From Selenomonas ruminantium (GTDB lineage: Bacteria; Bacillota; Negativicutes; Selenomonadales; Selenomonadaceae), in the NCBI RefSeq assembly GCF_015058625.1, contig NZ_SVCA01000009.1: a stretch of DNA of 24,000 nucleotides; one strand, given 5' to 3'. Positions within the stretch are counted from its first letter, which is position 1. Every line of letters begins with the position of its first letter. The position numbers and the translations under genes were made by a program. The notes under the pieces were generated by a model. The model ran no database searches and was not told the DNA's origin. It saw nothing but the letters and a program-made list of their open reading frames with translations. Positions 16,754-24,000 of this stretch are shown here, one piece after another.

Positions 16754-18061
16754 TTATGCACGCATAATGAGATTTACGAGGAACGCCAGGCTGATTACGC
16801 CCATTACCCAGCTGACTTCTTTATATCTGCCGGTACATATCTTCAGCACAACATAGCTGATAAACCCAAAGGCAAAGCCGCTGGCGATGCTGTAGGTCAG
16901 CGGCATCATAATGATGGTCAGGAAGGCCGGTACGCCGTCGGTGAGGTCGGAAAAGTCAATGTCCTTGACGGAAGAAATCATCAAAGCACCGATGAGAATC
17001 AGCGCAGAGGCCGTCGCATAGCTGGGCACCAAGGCAATCAGCGGGGCGAACAGCAGCAGGGAGAGGAAGCCGAGCGCCGTGATGACGGCGGTAAGGCCTG
17101 TGCGGCCGCCAGCTTCAATACCCGTGGCGCTTTCCAGATAGGTGGTAACGGTAGAGGTTCCAACAAACGCACTGCCAATCGTAGCGAAGGCATTCATGGT
17201 CAGTGCCTTGTTGAGACCGGGGATTTCGCCATCTTCCTGCACCATATTGGCCCGGCGGGTCAGGCTGATGAGGGTGCCGATATTATCGAAGAGTTCCACC
17301 ATGGTAAAGGTGAAGATAATGGAGATAATCCCATAGTCCCAGGCACCTGCGATATCGAGCTGGACGAAGGAACCACTCACTGAGGGAATGTCGAAGCTGA
17401 TAATATCGCTGATACCGTGGGGAATGGGAGAATACCCCAGCGCCATGGAGAGCAGCGTGGTCACGCCGATGCTGATGAGGATAGCACCCTGCACGCCGCG
17501 CACCATGAGAATGACCGTGAGGGCCAGTGTGAACATGGCAAAGACAGGTGCAGGCTGGGTAACGTCACCGAGCGCCACAAAGGTTGACGGGTCAGCTTGC
17601 AGGACACCGGCATTTTTGAGACCGATAAAGGCGATAAAAAGGCCGATACCGACCGTGATGGCTGCTTTGAGTGTATCCGGTACGGCATGAATGATGGCTT
17701 TCATAATGCCGCCGCAGGTCAGAATCAGAAAGACAATGCCCGAAAAGAACACGGCACCGAGGGCCACGGTCCAATGCAGGTGCAGGCTGCCGCAGACGTA
17801 ATAGGAAAAGAACGCGGCAAGACCAAGCCCGGGGGCAAGTGCCACCGGGTAATTGACCAGCACACCCATAAAGAGGGTGGAAACAGCGGTAATCAAAATC
17901 GTAGCGGCGATGGATGCTTCCTGGGGCACACCCGCATCGGTGAGCATGTGGGGAATGACAAAAACGATATATGCCATGGCAATGAACGTGGTCAGCCCGG
18001 CAAAGATTTCTGTGCGTACCGTCGTTTCGCGGTCGCTCAGCTTAAATAGGCGGTCTAGCAT
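16754..18061 (-). CDS. NCS2 family permease (AzgA-like adenine/guanine/hypoxanthine)
   Basis: REVLAGLTTFIAMAYIVFVIPHMLTDAG-like N-terminus, NYPVALAPGLGLAAFFSY, TFTMVELFDNIGTLI, YLESATGIEAGGRTGLTAV, PLTYSIASGFAFGFISY. Confidence 0.94.
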   Translation of the reverse strand: MLDRLFKLSDRETTVRTEIFAGLTTFIAMAYIVFVIPHMLTDAGVPQEASIAATILITAVSTLFMGVLVNYPVALAPGLGLAAFFSYYVCGSLHLHWTVALGAVFFSGIVFLILTCGGIMKAIIHAVPDTLKAAITVGIGLFIAFIGLKNAGVLQADPSTFVALGDVTQPAPVFAMFTLALTVILMVRGVQGAILISIGVTTLLSMALGYSPIPHGISDIISFDIPSVSGSFVQLDIAGAWDYGIISIIFTFTMVELFDNIGTLISLTRRANMVQEDGEIPGLNKALTMNAFATIGSAFVGTSTVTTYLESATGIEAGGRTGLTAVITALGFLSLLLFAPLIALVPSYATASALILIGALMISSVKDIDFSDLTDGVPAFLTIIMMPLTYSIASGFAFGFISYVVLKICTGRYKEVSWVMGVISLAFLVNLIMRA

Positions 18062-18085
18062 AACTCCTCCTAAAATTATAGATAT

Positions 18086-18197
18086 AAGCCTTCCCCTTTG
18101 GAGAAGGTGGACGCGCAGCGCCCGGATGAGGTTCAGGTATACTTTACCTCATCCGGCAACCTTTCGGTTGCCACCTTCCCCAAAGGGGAAGGCTATT
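18086..18197. repeat. Nested palindromic intergenic repeat
   Basis: Outer arms agccttcccctttggagaaggtgg / ccaccttccccaaaggggaaggct, middle cggatgaggt / acctcatccg, and a small caacc-tttc-ggttg hairpin. Confidence 0.85.
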
Positions 18198-18218
18198 ATA
18201 TGTTTTTTTTGTTAGTGA

Positions 18219-20114
18219 TTAGTCCTTGATGGGCTTTTTCAGTACGGACAGTACAATGCAGCCTACTACAGCACCAATGATGATGGCTGCCAGGTACATG
18301 CCTGCATTGCCGATGGTCGGTACGACGAAGATGCCGCCATGGGGAGCACGCAGGGTGCAGTCAAAGGCCATGGACAGAGCACCAGCCGTAGCAGAACCGA
18401 TGAATACGGAAGGAATTACGCGCAGAGGGTCACCAGCGGCAAACGGAATAGCACCTTCGGTGATGAAGGACATACCCATGACATAGTTGGTGATACCAGC
18501 TTTGCGTTCGCTTTCGGTGAAGCGGTTCTTGAAGAACGTCGTGCACAGAGCGATTGCCAGAGGCGGAACCATACCGCCAGCCATAACAGCGGCCATTACA
18601 TGGTATTCTCCGGAGGCCAGAAGCCCCGTACCCGTTACATAAGCTGCCTTGTTGATCGGGCCGCCCATGTCGATAGCCATCATGCCGCCCATGACGATAC
18701 CCAGCAGAATGCGGGCATTCGGGTCCATGTTTTTGAGCGTGTCAACGAGCCAGGTGTTGATGGCACCAACCGGCGGAGCAATGATGAACATGCTGATGAA
18801 GCCGATAATCAGGATACCGAAGAACGGATAGAGCAGAACGGGCTTGATGCCGTCTAGAGATTCCGGCAGAACGGAGAATGCTTTCTTCAGGAAGTTTACA
18901 GCGTAACCAGCAACGAAACCGGCGACGAGAGCGCCGAGGAAGCCGGAACCCGTGGTGCCAGCCAGCGCACCGCCAACGAAACCTACAGCAAGGCCCGGAC
19001 GGTCAGCAATGGACATGGCAATAAAGCCGGCGAGAATCGGCAGCATGAAGCCGAAGGAGGCACCGCCGATATCCTTGAAGAACTTAGCCAGCGGCGTGTT
19101 GGAACCGAAGTTACTCGGGTCGATGGAGTAATCATCGAACAGGAAAGCCAAAGCGATTAAGATACCGCCACCGACAACGAAGGGCAGCATATGGCTGACA
19201 CCGTTCATGAGGTGCTTGTAAATCTGACGGCCGAGGCTTTCACCGGATACATCCGCAGCGGATTCCTCTGCATCAGTGCCGGAAGCATGATAGATGGGAG
19301 CGTTGCCGGACAGGGCACGGTCTAAAAGTTCGTCTGCCTTGTTGATGCCGTCGGCAACCTTGGTGATGATGGTCGGTTTGCCATCGAAACGGGCCATAGC
19401 GACGTTCTTATCAGCAGCGACGATGATAGCGTCAGCTTTGGCGATTTCTTCAGCGGTCAGTACGTTCTTAGCACCGCCGGAGCCGTTGGTTTCAACCTTG
19501 ATGGTGATGCCGCGCTTCTTAGCGTGCTGTTCGAGACTTTCGGCAGCCATGAAGGTGTGGGCAATACCCGTCGGGCAGGCCGTAACAGCCAGCACCTGAA
19601 TGTGGTCGGCTTTCGGAGCTTCTTCTACAGCATCTGCAGCCGCCGGAGCAACGAAGTTGCCGTCTTCCTTGGCATCGATGAGTTTCAGGAATTCATCTTT
19701 GCTCTTGGCAGCAATCAGAGCTTCCTTGAAGTCCGGGTCCATAATCATGGTAGCCAGCTTGGACAGGATGGCCAGATGATCATCATTGGCAGAGTCCGGA
19801 GCAGCAATCATGAAGAACAGGCGGCTCGGCTGGCCGTCCATGGACTCAAAATCCATACCAGCAGGAACCGTCATAGCAGCAAGGCCTGCTGCCTTTACAC
19901 CAGCACTCTTGGCATGGGGAGTGGCGATACCGTCGCCAAGGCCAGTGGTGCCGGATGCTTCGCGGGCGAATACATCCTTGGTGTACTGTTCTTTGTCGGA
20001 AAGGTTGCCGCCAGCTTCCATGAGGTCAGCCAGCTGATTAATGGCTGCAGCTTTGTCAGCCGGGGAGGCGCCCAGAACGATGCTCTCGTTCTTGAGCAGG
20101 TCAGTGATACGCAT
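18219..20114 (-). CDS. fruA: PTS fructose transporter subunit IIABC
   Basis: N-terminal MRITDLLKNESIVLGASPADKAAAINQLADL (IIA), VTACPTGIAHTFMAAESLEQHAKKRG (IIB), and a C-terminal IIC membrane domain. The ATG at 20114 has SD ggagagaa. Confidence 0.95.
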   Translation of the reverse strand: MRITDLLKNESIVLGASPADKAAAINQLADLMEAGGNLSDKEQYTKDVFAREASGTTGLGDGIATPHAKSAGVKAAGLAAMTVPAGMDFESMDGQPSRLFFMIAAPDSANDDHLAILSKLATMIMDPDFKEALIAAKSKDEFLKLIDAKEDGNFVAPAAADAVEEAPKADHIQVLAVTACPTGIAHTFMAAESLEQHAKKRGITIKVETNGSGGAKNVLTAEEIAKADAIIVAADKNVAMARFDGKPTIITKVADGINKADELLDRALSGNAPIYHASGTDAEESAADVSGESLGRQIYKHLMNGVSHMLPFVVGGGILIALAFLFDDYSIDPSNFGSNTPLAKFFKDIGGASFGFMLPILAGFIAMSIADRPGLAVGFVGGALAGTTGSGFLGALVAGFVAGYAVNFLKKAFSVLPESLDGIKPVLLYPFFGILIIGFISMFIIAPPVGAINTWLVDTLKNMDPNARILLGIVMGGMMAIDMGGPINKAAYVTGTGLLASGEYHVMAAVMAGGMVPPLAIALCTTFFKNRFTESERKAGITNYVMGMSFITEGAIPFAAGDPLRVIPSVFIGSATAGALSMAFDCTLRAPHGGIFVVPTIGNAGMYLAAIIIGAVVGCIVLSVLKKPIKD

Positions 20115-20177
20115 AATGTTCTCTCCTTTGCAGATAAAAGAATTATATATAATGCCTAAAAGGCGAGATCCCAAATG

Positions 20178-21086
20178 TTAAGCGATGGTGGCCAGCAGTG
20201 CTTCAACTTCCGGACGGGTAGCGAGATTTTCGCTGAACGCGGAAGCAGAACCCGTAGCTACGCCCATGTGGAAGGCTTTTTCAAAGTCGCCATTGGATTC
20301 CATGTAACCCGTGATGAAGCCGGCTACCATGGAGTCGCCAGCGCCGACGGAGTTGATGAGCTTGCCCTTCGGTGCCGGGCACTTATAAGACTGGCCTTCC
20401 GCCGTCAGGAGGATGGCACCGTCACCAGCCATGGAAATCAGCACGTTCTGTGCGCCTTTTTCCTGCAGCTTCTTGGCGTAGGTGATGATTTCTTCGTCCG
20501 TGGTGAGTTTCACGCCGAACATATCGCCGAGTTCGTGATTGTTGGGCTTAATGAGGAAAGGATGATACTGGAGCACATTGAGAAGCAGGTTCTTCTCAGC
20601 GTCAACCACGATGCGGATTCCCTTGCCGTCAAGGCGGGCCATGATGCGCTGATAGATGTCATCCGGCAGGGTCTTGGGAATGGAACCGGCCAGTACCAGC
20701 GTGTCACCCTCTACGAGTTTGTCGAGCTGGGCAAAGAGTTCAGCCTGCTTGGCTTCGCTGATGTCTGGGCCCTGACCGTTGATTTCCGTCTCCGTGCTGG
20801 CTTTGGCCTTTACGTTGATACGGGAGAAACCTTCGTCAAGCTGTACGAAATCGCTCTTGACGCCGAATTCCTTGAGCTGGCGCTTGATTTCTTCGCCGGT
20901 GAAGCCAGCGACAAAACCCAGGGCGCTGTTGTCATGGCCCATATTCTTCAGCACGATGGACACGTTGATGCCCTTGCCGCCAGCCAGAACCTGCTCGTAG
21001 TTGACGCGGTTGATGGCACCGGCGGTGAAGTTGTCCAGACGGACGATGTAATCCAGGGATGGATTGAAGGTTACGGTGTAAATCAT
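20178..21086 (-). CDS. fruK: 1-phosphofructokinase
   Basis: MIYTVTFNPSLDYIVRLDNFTAGAINRVNYEQVLAGGKGINVSIVLKNMG and VGAGDSMVAGF. Confidence 0.96.
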   Translation of the reverse strand: MIYTVTFNPSLDYIVRLDNFTAGAINRVNYEQVLAGGKGINVSIVLKNMGHDNSALGFVAGFTGEEIKRQLKEFGVKSDFVQLDEGFSRINVKAKASTETEINGQGPDISEAKQAELFAQLDKLVEGDTLVLAGSIPKTLPDDIYQRIMARLDGKGIRIVVDAEKNLLLNVLQYHPFLIKPNNHELGDMFGVKLTTDEEIITYAKKLQEKGAQNVLISMAGDGAILLTAEGQSYKCPAPKGKLINSVGAGDSMVAGFITGYMESNGDFEKAFHMGVATGSASAFSENLATRPEVEALLATIA

Positions 21087-21089
21087 TTC

Positions 21090-21836
21090 TTACTCTCCTT
21101 CAAGAACAGTGGTATAATCACGGTATTTTTTATCTTCCAGCCGGCCTGTAATAATGGTAGCACTGGAGATATTGGCAAAGGTGATAGGGGAAATCTTGTT
21201 GAATTTTGACTGGTCAGCCAAAACGTAAGCATGCTTGCAGCGGGAAAGAGCAGCACTCTTGATGGTGCCTTCGTCTGCATCCGGCGTAGAAAAACCGGAC
21301 TTGGGGCTGATGCCGTTGGTACCGAAGAAACCCTTGGTAAAATTGTAGCACTTGAGGCTTTCCAGGGCTTCTGTGCCGATAACCGCTTCCGTAACGGCCT
21401 TGACGGCACCGCCGATAATAAAGACCTTAAAGCCTTTGGCAGCCAGCTTGGCAGCGTGCTGCATACCATTGGTGACGAATACGGCACTGGTTTCCGTCAA
21501 AAAATCAATTAAATGCAAGGTGGTGGAACCCGCATCAATATAGACAAAATCCTTCTGCTTGATGAGTCCGGCAGCCTTGCGGGCGATGGCGATTTTTTCC
21601 TCAGGGAATAAATCGTTCTTGGTTTTCATGTCTTCCTCGGCACTGCTGTAGTTGTTGTCGATGGAAGTGGCCCCGCCGTACACCTTGTAGAGCCGCCCAT
21701 TCTTGTGCAGGGCGGTCAAATCCCTGCGCACTGTGGATTCAGATGCGTTCAGGGCACGGGTGAGGTCAAGGACGGTAACAGCCTTTTTTTCCTCAAGGAT
21801 GCGCAGAATTGTAGCATAACGCTCTTCCGTCAGCAT
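21090..21836 (-). CDS. fruR: DeoR-family transcriptional regulator of the fructose operon
   Basis: MLTEERYATILRILEEKKAVTVLDLTRALNASESTVRRDLTALHKNGRLYKVYGGA and YIDAGSTTLHLIDFL. Confidence 0.93.
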   Translation of the reverse strand: MLTEERYATILRILEEKKAVTVLDLTRALNASESTVRRDLTALHKNGRLYKVYGGATSIDNNYSSAEEDMKTKNDLFPEEKIAIARKAAGLIKQKDFVYIDAGSTTLHLIDFLTETSAVFVTNGMQHAAKLAAKGFKVFIIGGAVKAVTEAVIGTEALESLKCYNFTKGFFGTNGISPKSGFSTPDADEGTIKSAALSRCKHAYVLADQSKFNKISPITFANISSATIITGRLEDKKYRDYTTVLEGE

Positions 21837-22070
21837 GGCTATCACTCTCCAAAAATGTGATTTTCTTTATATAATACAACTAAACTCCTTCAAAGTCAAT
21901 CAAACTCACGAAAAAACACGCAAGAAGTTGCTAAATCCCGCCAAAAACTGTCGATAAAATACGAATGTACTTTAGTGTGATACAGAAATAAACATGAAAA
22001 AGAGGATTATTGTCTGCGTTTACCTAATAATATATAATGAATATAGAACGAAAATGGGAGTGTGAGGTGT

Positions 22071-22970
22071 ATGGAAGAACAGGCAACCTTGAATAATGAA
22101 GTAAAACCTAAAATTGGCCAGAATCGCACGACGTCATTTTATGTGAAAAAATATGCCATGATTTTTGTCGGGGCGGTTATTGCGGCTTTTGGCTTGGAAG
22201 AATTCTTGATTCCCAACAACGTCATTGACGGCGGTATCGTGGGTGTTTCCATTATGATGGAAACCATCACGGGCATGAGCATGGGTGTGTTTCTGGTACT
22301 CTTAAACATTCCCTTCCTCTTTATGGGGTACAAGCAGATTGGCAAGAACTTTGCCATTGCCACTTTGGTAGCCATCTGTTTTCTGGCCGTCTGGTCAGAG
22401 ATATTTGACCCGTTGGAGAAGGTGACGGATGACCCATTCCTTGCGGCTATCTTTGGCGGCATTATTGACGGTATCGGCGTGGGGATGATTATCCGGGCTG
22501 GCGGCAGTCTGGACGGTACGGAGATTGTGGCTATTATTATGGATAAGAAGTCCGTGTTCTCCGTGGGCGAAGTAGTTATGTTCATCAACCTCTTTATTCT
22601 GTCCAGCGCAGGACTGCTCTATGGATGGGACAAGGCCATGTACTCGCTGGTGGCATACTTTGTCATCTCCAAGATGATTGATGTGGTCATCAAGGGGTTG
22701 GATGAAAGTTACGCCGTGATGATTGTGACCAATGAGCATGAGGAAATCACTTCGGCCCTGAATGACCGTTTAGGCCGTGGCGTGACCCTGCTGCATGGTG
22801 CCGGTGGCTACACTGGGGAGAGCAAGGAAGTGCTTTACTGTGTGGTGACTCGTCTGGAAGTCGATAAGCTCAAGGAAATCGTACTCGACAAGGATGAAAA
22901 TGCCTTTGTAACCATCAATGCCGTCCATGATATTGTGGGCGGGCGGTTCAAGAAAAAGTCCATTCATTAA
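22071..22970 (+). CDS. YitT family (DUF161/DUF2179) membrane protein
   Basis: GAVIAAFGLEEFLIPNNVIDGGIVGVSIM, AGGSLDGTEIVAIIMDKK, and a C-terminal DUF2179-like GVTLLHGAGGYTGESKEVLYCVVTRLE. Confidence 0.93.
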   Translation: MEEQATLNNEVKPKIGQNRTTSFYVKKYAMIFVGAVIAAFGLEEFLIPNNVIDGGIVGVSIMMETITGMSMGVFLVLLNIPFLFMGYKQIGKNFAIATLVAICFLAVWSEIFDPLEKVTDDPFLAAIFGGIIDGIGVGMIIRAGGSLDGTEIVAIIMDKKSVFSVGEVVMFINLFILSSAGLLYGWDKAMYSLVAYFVISKMIDVVIKGLDESYAVMIVTNEHEEITSALNDRLGRGVTLLHGAGGYTGESKEVLYCVVTRLEVDKLKEIVLDKDENAFVTINAVHDIVGGRFKKKSIH

Positions 22971-23005
22971 AAGTCCGTGTGGTTTCAGGTTCTGGAGGTG
23001 TTATT

Positions 23006-23605
23006 GTGAAACGGAAAATTGCCTTACTATGGGCACTGTTTATGCTTATCCTGTCGGTGCAGGCCTGGGCGGCAGAGCGCACGCCGCTGCGGGTGGCGCA
23101 GTTTCCCTTGCTCATACAGAGTTATATGACGCCCACTCAGGATGCGCATGACCGCTTGGAAAAACTGGTGGACAGGAGCCTGCATGTTCCCTTGAACGGC
23201 ACGTTAAAAGCCGTCCAATACATTCCGGAGAAGGAATGCTGGGCGGCTTTGGAAGATGCGCGCAATGAGGCTGTCGGCAAGGTTAAGCTCAAGGACTTGA
23301 TGCGCTCTGTGGCAGAAAAACTGAATGCCGACCTGGTGGTTATGCCAGTGCTTACAGGTTATGAGCAGTATCAGACCATGCGCTGGAACCGCTGGGGCAG
23401 ATATATCGTCCATAGCTATGCGGCGGTGGAGATTGTCGGCTTTGACAAGGCTAAGGCAGAATCCTTTAGCAAAGGCGCATCGCGTCATTTCAACGACGAA
23501 TACGCCATGCAGGGGGATGTGTCGCAGCTGGCCTATGAGGCTATGGAAGAGGCTCTGCAAAGTGCCAAAATCCATGACCGGATATGGACGTGGAAGGACA
23601 GATAA
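23006..23605 (+). CDS. Exported protein of unknown function
   Basis: GTG start with SD tggaggtg. Signal peptide VKRKIALLWALFMLILSVQAWAA. Confidence 0.75.
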   Translation: MKRKIALLWALFMLILSVQAWAAERTPLRVAQFPLLIQSYMTPTQDAHDRLEKLVDRSLHVPLNGTLKAVQYIPEKECWAALEDARNEAVGKVKLKDLMRSVAEKLNADLVVMPVLTGYEQYQTMRWNRWGRYIVHSYAAVEIVGFDKAKAESFSKGASRHFNDEYAMQGDVSQLAYEAMEEALQSAKIHDRIWTWKDR

Positions 23606-24000
23606 TCAGGTATAGCCGTTCAGGACCACATCCACCTTCCCGGTGCGGGGGTGGAAAATCAGGCCGTGAATGGGCACATCAGCGGGAATCAGAGGATTGA
23701 GGCGGATGCGTTCTACCGTATCGATGACATTTTGCTCGGGATGGTGGAATTCATCCGCCCATTCTGTGAGTTCCTTCTTTATCATATGGATGGCTTCTTT
23801 TGAAATGCCTCGTTCTACCATGGATTTTATGAGGCTTTCCGAAGTGGTGTTGGCCATGCCGCATTCGTGATGGCCGATGACGATAATCTCCTTGACGCCC
23901 AGTTCATAAATACATACGAGCAGGCTCCGAATGGTGCCATCAAATACGCCGGTAATGCCATTGCCGGCGGTTTTTATTACCTTGGCTTCCCCGCGGCCAA
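23606..24000 (-). CDS. Beta-carbonic anhydrase, partial (5' end beyond window)
   Basis: Minus-strand translation continues through to the window edge, with GHHECGMAN (zinc ligands H/C) and C-terminal GLIFHPRTGKVDVVLNGY. Confidence 0.88.
   Translation of the reverse strand, partial: GRGEAKVIKTAGNGITGVFDGTIRSLLVCIYELGVKEIIVIGHHECGMANTTSESLIKSMVERGISKEAIHMIKKELTEWADEFHHPEQNVIDTVERIRLNPLIPADVPIHGLIFHPRTGKVDVVLNGYT

Noticed and set aside
20175-21209. 344-aa plus-strand ORF antisense to fruK
   Set aside because: It is fully antisense to an unambiguous 1-phosphofructokinase, so most likely a shadow ORF.
1-24000. CRISPR arrays, tRNA or rRNA genes, prophage or intact transposase genes
   Set aside because: None was seen by eye: no regularly spaced repeats, no cloverleaf or rRNA signatures, and no transposase/integrase motifs in the ORF track.

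Overview
This looks like a chromosomal window from a Negativicutes (Selenomonas-like) bacterium; the genus is inferred from gene content and style only. Core genes: the gyrB 3' end, a degraded HAD hydrolase, an AAA/DUF4143 ATPase, a yybP-ykoY (Mn2+) riboswitch with terC-family gene and htpX, a small P-loop/guanylate-kinase-like protein, a threonine synthase-like gene, a Ppx/GppA phosphatase, gyrA, a small PBECR-like nuclease-fold ORF, a malic enzyme, an LCP-family protein, a CYTH protein, an MgtC-like protein, cdd, an unknown helical ORF, an NCS2 purine permease, fruR-fruK-fruA, a YitT-family protein, an exported protein and a beta-carbonic anhydrase. The strongest non-annotated signals are: (1) a compact candidate type I toxin-antitoxin locus between ppx and gyrA (7137-7410), with a 20-aa hydrophobic peptide ORF, two near-consensus converging promoters, a shared bidirectional hairpin terminator and matching 5' RNA sequences; (2) an orphan ~125-nt structured RNA with its own promoter and terminator (10322-10484), just after a PBECR-like ORF that sits 1 nt behind gyrA; (3) a DnaA-box cluster at 13930-14211, a candidate oriC; (4) two inverted ~200-bp palindromic MITE-like units at 16100-16611; (5) a nested palindromic repeat at 18086-18197.
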